Source of the DNA: a virus
Taxonomy: Duplodnaviria > Caudoviricetes
Length of the DNA: 64,000 nt
Strand: one strand, 5' to 3'
IMG/VR virus record: IMGVR_UViG_3300001199_000006
Coordinates: 12,561 to 76,560 of that record
Shown: positions 17,638 to 26,239 of the stretch, one piece after another
How positions within the stretch are numbered: the first letter of the stretch is position 1
Layout of the letters: every line of letters starts with the position of its first letter
Translations under genes and position numbers: made by a program
Notes under the pieces: generated by a model
What the model was told of the DNA's origin: nothing
What the model saw: only the letters and a program-made list of their open reading frames with translations
Databases searched by the model: none

Positions 17638-19161
17638 TCACGCTTCCTCCTTGGCCGCGACGGTCTCGCGACGCAGCGCCGGGCGGAGCTTGGGTTCCTG
17701 CACGAGCAGGAGCGCGAGCTGCGCACCGAGCCGGGTCAACGCCTCGTGGTAGCCGTGCGCCAGGTGATCGTCGCACCACTCGTGCCCCAGCTCATGCAGG
17801 AGCAGCTCGACGTGCTCGATGCGAAGACCTTCCGCCCCGTCCTCAAACCAGCGGTGCCCGAGCACTTGCAAGTTGAGCGTGAGGAAACCGCCGCGCCCGT
17901 ACCACGCTGCGAAGCGGTTCGCGTTGTCGCGCACGATGCGGATCGAGAGTCCGGTGCGATCGCGCAGGAGGGCTTGGCCGATCAGCTTGAAGCTGACGCA
18001 CACCACCTTTTGCGCGTCGGTCCATCTCTCGAACGGCACCTCGGTGTCGATGCCGTCCGGCGAGAACCTCGGGTGCTTGGTCGGCGTGACCTGTCCCGCC
18101 GCCTTCATCGCGCCGGTCTCGCGCACGCGCTCCCACGTCTCGGCCGGGAGTGCGCCGCCCGGGACCACGGTGTAGCCCTCGGACGCCGCGCGCTTGCTCG
18201 CCTCGGGATCCGACGGGTCGTAGGTGACGCGCCGCTTCCCGAACCGCTCGTCCAGCACGTTTGACACCGTGTCAGGCGCGGCCTCGGCCAGGGCCTCCGT
18301 CACCCACTCCTCGCGTGCCTCCTCGGCCGTGAGCAGCTTGTGCGCCGCGTCCAGGACGGCGACGCGCAGCCGCTTGAGGAACGCGGGCCGCACGTTCTCG
18401 CGGTCGAGCGTGAGCGGGATCTTCTGCTTGACGTTGATCCCGAACGGGCCGTCGATCGCGACGACCGGGATGCCCATCTCGTACAGCTTCGAGCCCGAGC
18501 CGTGCCGCCACACCTCGATCGCGGTCTCGCGCTCGACCAGGCGCAGGTTCCCCTCCTCGTCGGCCAGCTCGGTCTGGAGCTTAGCACGCAGCACGAGGTC
18601 GGGCGCGCCGTGCAGGTCGTTCAACACGTAGGTGACGCCGCCATCCCCACAGCGCGTCAGCACGGTGGTGCGGATGTGCGTGGGCGGGATCAGGTTGCGC
18701 AAATCCTCCGCGACTTCGTCCAGCTCGGCCCGTGTCATCGGCATGATCGCGGTCAGCACGGTTCCGCGCTGGGTCGCGGCCTTCGACGTCGTGCGCGAGC
18801 CGTCGGCGTGGAACATCACGGTGCCCGTGGTGCTCACGATCTCGGCCTCGCGGCAGCGCGCGAGGAACAGCTTCTCACCCGCGTTGAATCGCCCACGCGT
18901 CTCGGCCAGGCCCTTCTTCCGGGACGCCGCGAAGAGCGTGTAGCTCTCGGCCAGGTTGGCGAAGCCGTTCGGTGCGTCGTCCATGACCGCGATCTCCACC
19001 CGGGGCTGCCCAGGGAGCGCAGTGATCGAAATCGCGACCTTGGTCACGCCCGGCTCGTCCCAGGCGTTCGAGATCAGCTCGGCGATCGCCCGGGCCTTCG
19101 TCTGACGACCGAGCACCTGGGCCAGGCCGTCCTTGTCCACCTCGAACCATGCCTTCGTCAT
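17638..19161 (-). CDS. GHKL (HSP90/MutL-like) ATPase with C-terminal HExxH motif
   Basis: ELISNAWD (N box), DDAPNGF (G1), RGRFNAGEK (G2), GT; C-terminal LLHELGH...HL...YH. Confidence 0.8.
   Translation of the reverse strand: MTKAWFEVDKDGLAQVLGRQTKARAIAELISNAWDEPGVTKVAISITALPGQPRVEIAVMDDAPNGFANLAESYTLFAASRKKGLAETRGRFNAGEKLFLARCREAEIVSTTGTVMFHADGSRTTSKAATQRGTVLTAIMPMTRAELDEVAEDLRNLIPPTHIRTTVLTRCGDGGVTYVLNDLHGAPDLVLRAKLQTELADEEGNLRLVERETAIEVWRHGSGSKLYEMGIPVVAIDGPFGINVKQKIPLTLDRENVRPAFLKRLRVAVLDAAHKLLTAEEAREEWVTEALAEAAPDTVSNVLDERFGKRRVTYDPSDPEASKRAASEGYTVVPGGALPAETWERVRETGAMKAAGQVTPTKHPRFSPDGIDTEVPFERWTDAQKVVCVSFKLIGQALLRDRTGLSIRIVRDNANRFAAWYGRGGFLTLNLQVLGHRWFEDGAEGLRIEHVELLLHELGHEWCDDHLAHGYHEALTRLGAQLALLLVQEPKLRPALRRETVAAKEEA
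18262..18274. repeat. Dispersed palindrome copy 3
   Basis: TGACACCGTGTCA inside the GHKL CDS (PDTVSN). Confidence 0.9.
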
Positions 19162-19415
19162 CGTTCCTCCTCCTGTAGTTGAACATGAAGCGCCCGGGCA
19201 AGCCGGACGTGCGCGCCGCGACCTCGTGCAGCCAACGCAGGCTCGGCCGCGAAGCCGCGCAATGCCTCGACCGTGGACGTGTCCGGCAACACCAACGCGA
19301 ACGACGTGCCGGTGCTGTCGAACAGCATGCGCACCGTGCGTTGATCGGGCAGCACGATGTCGATCTCGTGCGGCTCGTCTCGGCCGTGCGTCGGAAGCAC
19401 GATCGAACGTCTCAC
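19158..19415 (-). CDS. Hypothetical protein
   Basis: GTG start overlapping the upstream TGA. Confidence 0.5.
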   Translation of the reverse strand: MRRSIVLPTHGRDEPHEIDIVLPDQRTVRMLFDSTGTSFALVLPDTSTVEALRGFAAEPALAARGRGAHVRLARALHVQLQEEER

Positions 19416-19672
19416 CCCTGCACCTTGACGCACTTGAACGCGACGCTCGCCATCTTGTGCAGCGGCAGCGCGACGAACTTGGCGCGGTTCGTCTCGTTCA
19501 GCGCGTCGTACACCGTGACGATCGCCGAGGCCGTGAACAGGTCCACTGCGTAGCCGTCGATCTTGGCGAACTGGCACTGCCGCACGATCTCGCGACACGC
19601 CTCGACCTTGTCGGTGGGCGTCTCGGTGTGGTGCTGCTCGATGCCACTGTTGACGCGGGTGATGGTCTTCAT
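19412..19672 (-). CDS. Conserved small phage protein
   Basis: IDGYAVDLFTASAIVTVYDALNETNRAKF motif. Confidence 0.7.
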   Translation of the reverse strand: MKTITRVNSGIEQHHTETPTDKVEACREIVRQCQFAKIDGYAVDLFTASAIVTVYDALNETNRAKFVALPLHKMASVAFKCVKVQG

Positions 19673-19679
19673 GTCGGGT

Positions 19680-20177
19680 CTATCGAACGGGCCGAGGTCC
19701 GGACTTGAACCATTCCGGCGGAAGTGAGAGGCGCACCGGCGAGCCCGCAGGCCAATCAGCGGCAGAGCACGTCAGCGTGTCAATGTCCAGAGGATCGCCG
19801 AAGCGTGCAACGCGGACCGCACCCTCGCGCACCACGGTCCCGGCGTGCATCAGCGCGAAACGTGTCGCGCGCCCCGTGGCCTTCACGTCGCCTTCGACCC
19901 GATACCCATCACCGACGCGTCCGCTGAACAAGTCCCGACCCTTCTCGTCGAGCACGGTCACGGTGTAGCCGTGCCAGGGCTCGGGCGAGCGCTTCATCCA
20001 GGCGTCCACGTCGAGGATCTTCCGACGCTCGCGGCGCGCGCGATGTAGTCGCCACGTCTCCCACGTCCACAACCCAGCGAAGCACGCCGCGATCAGGAAC
20101 GCGACCCAGCACCCGAACGAAAACGCGCCGACAATCCAGCGCAGCCCTTCCATCAAGAAGTCGGTGACCATACGCAC
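19680..20177 (-). CDS. Membrane-anchored hypothetical protein
   Basis: N-terminal hydrophobic helix followed by a basic stretch. Confidence 0.6.
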   Translation of the reverse strand: MRMVTDFLMEGLRWIVGAFSFGCWVAFLIAACFAGLWTWETWRLHRARRERRKILDVDAWMKRSPEPWHGYTVTVLDEKGRDLFSGRVGDGYRVEGDVKATGRATRFALMHAGTVVREGAVRVARFGDPLDIDTLTCSAADWPAGSPVRLSLPPEWFKSGPRPVR

Positions 20178-20188
20178 TCCAAGGAGAC

Positions 20189-20221
20189 GGCCTCTCCCCG
20201 GCGGTTGACCAGGGAGAGGCC
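20189..20221. terminator. GC-rich hairpin after the DUF932-like gene
   Basis: GGCCTCTCCC...GGGAGAGGCC 10-bp stem; no clear U-tract. Confidence 0.45.
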
Positions 20222-20230
20222 GGACGGTGT

Positions 20231-21058
20231 CTAGTTGCGGCTCGGGTCCACGTCCGTGTCCACGCTCGGAGCGAGCTGGAAGCCGCGCGAGTCCGCGACG
20301 ATGCGCGGGAAGCCTTTGAGGCCGCGCTCGCCGATGCGCGGGCTGCGCCAGCCCTTCGCGACCTCGGTCACGGCGTTGTAGAGCGACCAGGCGTTACGCG
20401 ACGCGAAGGCCGAGTGGTGCGGGTGCTCGTCGTCCTGGTACGCACGGTAGGTCTCGTCGATCTTGCCGAGCTGGTTCCAGGCGACCACGCCGTTGCGTCC
20501 GGCGAGCATCAGGAGGTGATCGGCATCGCTGTTCGTCAGCTCCGTCTCCTCCATGAACTCGACGAGGCGGTGCATCTGCCCGATCTGGTCCTGCCACTTC
20601 TGGATCCCGGTCTCGACCTTGACCTCAAGCTCGTCCACGTTGCCCGACGTGTGCTTCACGCCGAACACGAAGTCACCGACGATCGCGCCGTTCTCGCAAA
20701 TGAACACGCGCGAGCCCGAGACGCCGAGGAGCTGGAAGCGCTGCACGTTCGAGCTGCGGAAGCCGAGGATCGGAGCCATGTCGATGCGGTCGCCGATCTT
20801 GATCCCCTGCACCTGGATCGAGCCGAAGATGTCGTGCCGGTCCTCGGACAGCGCGAAGGACTCCTTGGCGACGCCGTAGCCGTTCTTCGCGAGAGCCGCG
20901 TGGATGTCTTCGATCAGGTCCGCGTGGTGCATGGGCTTCCAGCGCGTCCCGATCTCGTCGTTCTTCCGGATGGCGCGCAGCTCATCGAGCGTGGGCACGC
21001 GGTACGTTTTGCGCAGTTCCGGCAGGGTGATGGTGGGCTTTCCGTGCGTGTAGAGCAT
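20231..21058 (-). CDS. DUF932-like protein
   Basis: PMHHADLIE, ILGFRSSN, GSRVFICENG, NAWSLYNAVTE. Confidence 0.75.
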   Translation of the reverse strand: MLYTHGKPTITLPELRKTYRVPTLDELRAIRKNDEIGTRWKPMHHADLIEDIHAALAKNGYGVAKESFALSEDRHDIFGSIQVQGIKIGDRIDMAPILGFRSSNVQRFQLLGVSGSRVFICENGAIVGDFVFGVKHTSGNVDELEVKVETGIQKWQDQIGQMHRLVEFMEETELTNSDADHLLMLAGRNGVVAWNQLGKIDETYRAYQDDEHPHHSAFASRNAWSLYNAVTEVAKGWRSPRIGERGLKGFPRIVADSRGFQLAPSVDTDVDPSRN

Positions 21059-21297
21059 GTGCTTCTCCGTTGGGTTGAACAGGCCGCCAAGCCTGCGTTG
21101 GGCGTGTCATCGACCAGCCCGACACCTGGAGTTTAGCTCGCGCCTGGAAATCGGACGGGAAATCCGGGATGTTTGAGCGAGGAAAGAACCACGACCGCGC
21201 GCGAATCTCCGGGGTACGGTTGGCCGAACCCATCAGGGGGGGCCGGGCCGGGAATCACAGGCGACGCAGGGGTCGCTTGCCCGGGTCTGTTCCCCGG

Positions 21298-21343
21298 GGC
21301 CGGGAGGTTTCTTCTCAGGGACCGCTTGCCTCCCGGCCCTTTT
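21298..21343 (+). promoter_or_regulatory. Terminator-like hairpin in the leader of the lipoprotein genes
   Basis: GGCCGGGAGG/CCTCCCGGCC stem plus CTTTT, about 15 nt before the GGAGG RBS of the gene at 21373. Confidence 0.45.
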
Positions 21344-21372
21344 CCCATCCCAGACCCAGGAGGGTCATCTAC

Positions 21373-22206
21373 ATGAAGAAGATTCTGTGCTTCGCGTTCA
21401 CCGCGTTCCTCGTGGTACTCGCCGCTTGCTCCGCCACCTTCAAAGGCAAGGCCGGAGACAACGTCCCGCTCATCGGCGGATCGGAGATCGAGTTCACGGT
21501 CAACATCGGCAACGGCACGCTCAACGTGCCGCCGCAACCCGGGCTCCAGGACGGTGACTGCATCAAGGTCACGTTCCTGGACAGCAAGGGGCGCGCGATC
21601 GGCTCGACCGAATCCACGGTCGGTGCCGACACGCCCGCTCCGGACGGTACCGACGATGTCGAGTTCTCGCCGTGCGATCCGAAACCGGACGACAAGGACA
21701 AGGACAAGAAGACCAAGTCCCTCATCGACTCGCAGATCGAAGCGCTGGTCGCGGGCGGTACCTACCTGTACCAACAGCGACCGTTCGACCTGCGCGACGG
21801 CCACGGCCGCTGGATCGACTACACCGTGATGGCGGAGTCGCGTGACGCGGCTGACGTCATCGCACGCCGCTTCGGCTCGAACCTCGGACAACGTCCGCGT
21901 CAGGTCGAGGTCTATACCTTCGCTGATGCGCGGATCCGCGCGGACGGCTCGGTGCGGTTCTCGATCCTGACCCAGGACAAACCGCTCTCGCTCGCGTTCG
22001 AGTGGAACAGCATCCCGCTCTATTCGCTGCACGACGCACGCGTCCGTCAGATCGGCTCCTGGTACGTCACCTCGGTGCTCGTGCCTGCGGATCTCGTGAA
22101 CCTGCCTATCGGTGGTGTGCTCGACGTCTCGAACACGGTCCACTACAGGCTCGAAACGGCGACGCGTCCGCAAGAGCTGACGTTCTCACTCGGAGCCTCG
22201 CTGTGA
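21373..22206 (+). CDS. Lipoprotein
   Basis: MKKILCFAFTAFLVVLAAC (lipobox LAAC); GGAGG RBS. Confidence 0.8.
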   Translation: MKKILCFAFTAFLVVLAACSATFKGKAGDNVPLIGGSEIEFTVNIGNGTLNVPPQPGLQDGDCIKVTFLDSKGRAIGSTESTVGADTPAPDGTDDVEFSPCDPKPDDKDKDKKTKSLIDSQIEALVAGGTYLYQQRPFDLRDGHGRWIDYTVMAESRDAADVIARRFGSNLGQRPRQVEVYTFADARIRADGSVRFSILTQDKPLSLAFEWNSIPLYSLHDARVRQIGSWYVTSVLVPADLVNLPIGGVLDVSNTVHYRLETATRPQELTFSLGASL

Positions 22207-22811
22207 TCTCGGCACCTCGCCTGCTCGGGCTCTTCACGCTCGCGCTCGCGGGGTGCAACAGCATCGGCCGGATCCAGGTGCCTATGCCTGGGTCCGGCGC
22301 TGTCGTTGCGCCACCGCACGTCTACGACCTCGTACGCGAGCTGGAGCCACGCGTCATCGCCATGCTGGGCTCGCGCCGCGCACCCGGCACGTACAGCTTC
22401 CACGTCTGGGAACGAGATCACCGACAACCGGCCGGGACCTTCCTGCGCTGGAACTGCGCACAGGTCATGTTCTCGCCGTCGTCGTTGTACCTGGACGATC
22501 TCGATCGTCTCGTCGCGCACGAACTGGTTCACGTCCATGCCGACGCGCGCGTCACCGAGCTACCGGCGGCAGCCGAAGAGGGCATCGCGAACTGGATCGC
22601 CGAGCTGGTCACGGGGCGCGCTCGCGCGTACGACGGGCCCGCGCCCGATCCCACGGCGTTGCGTCGCGCCCTCACCTTGACCAACGACCAGTACCTCGCG
22701 CTGCCCGACAGCGAGTTGGCCCAGGTGGACCAGGCCGGAGCCTGGCTGGCCTCGCGACTGTTACCCGTGTCTGACGCGATTCTCTCCGCCTGCCTCACGA
22801 CTCCGGAGTAG
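22203..22811 (+). CDS. Lipoprotein, gluzincin-like Zn metallopeptidase
   Basis: Lipobox LAGC; VAHELVH...AEEGIA (HExxH plus downstream E); GTGA coupling. Confidence 0.75.
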   Translation: MISAPRLLGLFTLALAGCNSIGRIQVPMPGSGAVVAPPHVYDLVRELEPRVIAMLGSRRAPGTYSFHVWERDHRQPAGTFLRWNCAQVMFSPSSLYLDDLDRLVAHELVHVHADARVTELPAAAEEGIANWIAELVTGRARAYDGPAPDPTALRRALTLTNDQYLALPDSELAQVDQAGAWLASRLLPVSDAILSACLTTPE

Positions 22812-22975
22812 TCTTGTTCAGCTCCGATGCGACGTGGCACGTCGGAGCGAGTTCCTCCCCCACTTGGCGGGCCGGACTATCCAAGGTGCGTGCGTCCCGG
22901 GTTCTTGAAGGGTGCTCGGGATCGCTCCTCCCCTCCTAGCGCACCGACGGTAGTTCGGCCCGTCTTTTCTCACTG

Positions 22976-23028
22976 GCATGGCGCGGTCGGTCCTCACAGT
23001 GGCTCGTGAGGCTCAGATCGCGCCATGC
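22976..23028. terminator. Two-stem hairpin between convergent transcription units
   Basis: GCATGGCGCG/CGCGCCATGC outer stem with inner CCTCAC/GTGAGG stem. Confidence 0.55.
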
Positions 23029-23033
23029 GCCTT

Positions 23034-23387
23034 TCAGAGCGCGTAGACGCCGGGGCGGTCCTGGACCTCGATCGTACCGGTGCGCACGACCGTCTCTCCG
23101 GCCAGGTACACGGCGATCGACGCGCTCCAGGTGCCGATGAACGCCGTCACGGCCGCATCGACGAGCACGACGACGATGCCCTTGGTCCAATCTGCGCCCG
23201 GCGTGAGCGGGCTGGCGGGAAGCGGCGGGACGTTGACGCCGTTCGGGTTACGCAGCTCCAGGAGGATCTGACTCGCGCCCGCCACGTTGATCGGGCTCTT
23301 GTCGAGGAACCGACGGAACTCCCAGGTGTGGTACTCGGCCGCGTTGTAGTGCGTGACGTACGCGAAGCTCTGGCTCACGAAGCTCAC
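23034..23387 (-). CDS. Small beta-sandwich virion protein (BppU-N-like)
   Basis: PINVAGASQILLELRNP...GIVVV...GTWSASIAV...GTIEV. Confidence 0.6.
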   Translation of the reverse strand: MSFVSQSFAYVTHYNAAEYHTWEFRRFLDKSPINVAGASQILLELRNPNGVNVPPLPASPLTPGADWTKGIVVVLVDAAVTAFIGTWSASIAVYLAGETVVRTGTIEVQDRPGVYAL

Positions 23388-25762
23388 AGGATGACTCCTG
23401 AAATGGAAGTGGTGGCGGGCGCGGCCTGCACGGCCACCACGGTAGCGATCTGCTTGGTCGGCCACTCGTCGAAGAAGAGCGTCGAGGGCGCGCGCCCCGC
23501 GAACGGCACGACGATCTCGAAAGCGCGGGCAACGGCGGTCTGCGCCTGCACCGCGACGATGGTCTGAATCACGCGCTGGCCGACGATGCCGGTCGTCGCG
23601 GTCGAGGCTTGGGCCGCGACGTTCCCGGTCTTGACCTCGGCCCCCGTGATCCCGTTCACCACGGCCTGCGCGGTCGTGGCCTGGGCCGTGACGCCGACCT
23701 GGAAGACCTTCTGACCCACGATCGCCGCCGTCGAGGTCGGGGCCTGCACGGCGGGCGCGGCGACGTGGACGACTTGCCCCTGGACCGACGCCGTAGCCGT
23801 CGTGGCCTGGGCCGCGACGCTGCCCGAGACCTGGCTGACGTCGCCGGTGATGACCGTGGTCGCGGCCCCGGCCGTGACGACGAGGGTGGTCTGCCGGACG
23901 AGGTCGGCGTCGAACAGGGCCAAGGCGGCCCCTGCGCTCGCCACCACGCTCGTTTGGCGCACCAGATCGACGTCGAGGACCCCGGTCGCGGCCCCAGCGC
24001 TCAGCGCGAGGCTGGCTTGGCGTACGGGCCGCCCCGTCACGGCGGCCGTGGCCGTCGTGGCCTGGACTGCCACCGTGGCATAGACCCGGATGACGGTGCC
24101 GGAGATCGAGGCCGTGGCCGTCGCGGCCTGGACCGCGACCGAGGTCTGGCGGATGACGTCGGTGTCGAACGCGGTCGTAGCTGCGGCGGCCGTGACCGCG
24201 ACCGAGACCTGGTGAACCTTCTGGGCCGAGAAGACCGTGGTCGCGGTCGAAGCCGTGACCGTGACCGACGTCTGGTGAACGAGGAGGCCCGAGATCGCGG
24301 TGGTCGCGGTGTTGGCCTGGGCCGTGACGGAGCCCGCGATCTCCCCGGCGATCTCACCCGAGATCGACGTCGTCGCGGTGTCGGCCTGGGCCGTGACCGA
24401 GGTCTGGCGGATGACGTCGGTGTCGAAGACCACGGTGGCCGCGCCAGCGCTGACCGTGACGGTCGTCTGCCGCACGACGTCGGCGTCGAACACGACGGTC
24501 GCGGTAGCAGCCGTGACCGTGACCGAGACCTGGTGGATCTTCTGGGCCGAGAAGACCGTGGTCGCGGTCGAGGCTTGGGCCGCGACCGAGGTCTGCGTGA
24601 TCTTGTCCGCGTCGAAGACCGTCGTGGCGGCACCGGCCGTGACCGTGACCGTGGTTTGCCGAATGACGTCGGTGTCGAAGACGACCGAAGCAGCACCGGC
24701 CGTGACGGCGACCGAAGTCTGGCGGACGATGTCGGTGTCGATCGCGACCGTGGCCGTCGCGGCTTGCACCGCGAGGTCCGTGTGCATGCGCTTCTGCGCA
24801 GCGATCGCCGTCGTCGCGGTGTCGGCTTGAGCCGTGACCGACGTCTGCGTGATCTTGTCCGCGTCGAACACGACGGTCGCGGTAGCAGCCGTGACCGTGA
24901 CCGTGGTCTCGACGACGTTGCCAACCGTGCCGGAGATCGCCGTGGTCGCGGTCTCGGCCGTGACCGTGGTGGTGGTCTGCCGGATGACGTCGGTGTCGAA
25001 CGCGGCCGTAGCTGCGCCCGCGCTGACCGCGACGGCCGCCTGACGCACGACGTCGGTGTCGATCGCGACCGTGGCCGCGCCTGCGCTGACCGTGACCGAG
25101 GTCTGGCGGACGACGTCGGCGTCGAGTGCGACGGTCGCGGTCGAGACCGTGACGGCGACGGAGGTTTGGCGAATGACGTCGGCGTCGAACGTCGTCGTCG
25201 CTGCGCCCGCGCTGACCGCGACGGAGGTCTGGCGGACGAGCTGTCCTGCAATCGCGGTGGTCGCTGCGCCCGCGCTGACCGCGACGGAGGTCTGATGGGC
25301 AAGTTGACCCGCGATCGCCGTCGTAGCCGTCGTTGCCGTAACCGCGACGCTGGCTTGATGGACAAGTTTACCCGCGATCGCCGTGGTCGCGGTCGGGGCC
25401 GTGACTGCGACCGAAGTCTGCCGAACGATGTCGGCGTCGATCGCGACGGTCGCGGCTCCAGCGCTGACCGTGACCGAGGTCTGGCGAACGAGATCCGCGT
25501 CCGTCGTGACCGTGGCCGTCGAGGCCGTGACGGCGACGGAGGTCTGCCGGATTACGTCGGTATCGAAGACGACCGAGGCCGCGCCTGCACTGACGGCGAC
25601 CGAGGTCTGCCGAATGACGTCGGTGTCGAACGCGACGGTCGCGGTGTTGGCCGTGACGGCGACCGTCCCCGTGACAATGCGCTGCGCCCCGCCCGGGGGC
25701 CCGATGCGGAACGGGTGAGCCTGGAGCGGGTACGAGTAACGGCGATAGACGCCGTAGCTCAC
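23384..25762 (-). CDS. Ala/Thr/Val-rich virion protein of ~21-aa tandem repeats
   Basis: Roughly 30 degenerate repeats of QTSVAV(S/T)AxxATxxFDxDVIR. Confidence 0.85.
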   Translation of the reverse strand: MSYGVYRRYSYPLQAHPFRIGPPGGAQRIVTGTVAVTANTATVAFDTDVIRQTSVAVSAGAASVVFDTDVIRQTSVAVTASTATVTTDADLVRQTSVTVSAGAATVAIDADIVRQTSVAVTAPTATTAIAGKLVHQASVAVTATTATTAIAGQLAHQTSVAVSAGAATTAIAGQLVRQTSVAVSAGAATTTFDADVIRQTSVAVTVSTATVALDADVVRQTSVTVSAGAATVAIDTDVVRQAAVAVSAGAATAAFDTDVIRQTTTTVTAETATTAISGTVGNVVETTVTVTAATATVVFDADKITQTSVTAQADTATTAIAAQKRMHTDLAVQAATATVAIDTDIVRQTSVAVTAGAASVVFDTDVIRQTTVTVTAGAATTVFDADKITQTSVAAQASTATTVFSAQKIHQVSVTVTAATATVVFDADVVRQTTVTVSAGAATVVFDTDVIRQTSVTAQADTATTSISGEIAGEIAGSVTAQANTATTAISGLLVHQTSVTVTASTATTVFSAQKVHQVSVAVTAAAATTAFDTDVIRQTSVAVQAATATASISGTVIRVYATVAVQATTATAAVTGRPVRQASLALSAGAATGVLDVDLVRQTSVVASAGAALALFDADLVRQTTLVVTAGAATTVITGDVSQVSGSVAAQATTATASVQGQVVHVAAPAVQAPTSTAAIVGQKVFQVGVTAQATTAQAVVNGITGAEVKTGNVAAQASTATTGIVGQRVIQTIVAVQAQTAVARAFEIVVPFAGRAPSTLFFDEWPTKQIATVVAVQAAPATTSISGVIL
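23560..25680 (-). repeat. Coding tandem repeat, ~63-bp unit
   Basis: Recurrent gaccgaggtctggcggatgacgtcggtgtcgaa-type units at mostly 63-bp period. Confidence 0.8.
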
Positions 25763-25765
25763 TCG

Positions 25766-26233
25766 TTACCCCCCGATCTCCGCGAAGGTGATCCACCCCG
25801 ACATCTGGAGTGAGTCGGGCGTCGGAGCCGTCGGGAGCGTGATGGCGAAGACGCCGCTCGGGCTGATGACCCAGCGCGTCTCAGGAACCGGGATGTGGAA
25901 GATCGGAGCCTGGATGTTCCAGTTGCGGCTCATCAGCAGCGTGGCCGTGCCGCCGAGCGAGGTGTTGTTCCGCACCACGGTCGAACCCGCCGTCGGGAAC
26001 CCGACCTCGTGGGGGCGCGACGTCAGCGTGGTGCCGCCCGAGCCTGCCGTCGCGTACCGGTTGATCGTGATGCGCAGACCCTCAGCCTGTGCGTCACCGT
26101 AGTCGCCTTGCTGTGACAGCTCACCTTCCAGGATCACGACGGCCGCGTCCGAAGGCGCGGTGATCGTGAGCAGGTCTTGCAGCGCGCTGACCGTGATGTT
26201 GTCGAAGGTGGCGGTGTATTTGAGTCCGAGCAT
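25766..26233 (-). CDS. Putative virion structural protein
   Basis: 155 aa, beta-rich, in the late operon. Confidence 0.7.
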   Translation of the reverse strand: MLGLKYTATFDNITVSALQDLLTITAPSDAAVVILEGELSQQGDYGDAQAEGLRITINRYATAGSGGTTLTSRPHEVGFPTAGSTVVRNNTSLGGTATLLMSRNWNIQAPIFHIPVPETRWVISPSGVFAITLPTAPTPDSLQMSGWITFAEIGG

Positions 26234-26239
26234 GGGAGG

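Noticed and set aside
21211-21230. Fourth copy of the early motif (GGTAC...CCGAAC)
   Set aside because: Lacks CTCAAG at the 17-nt spacing; partial match only.
21140-21372. c-di-GMP riboswitch in the lipoprotein leader
   Set aside because: Structured, but I could not find the class I or class II consensus nucleotides by eye; needs an Infernal scan.
23560-25680. Regularly spaced repeats resembling a CRISPR array
   Set aside because: Units are degenerate, keep frame within a 792-aa ORF, have no unique spacers, and no cas genes are present.
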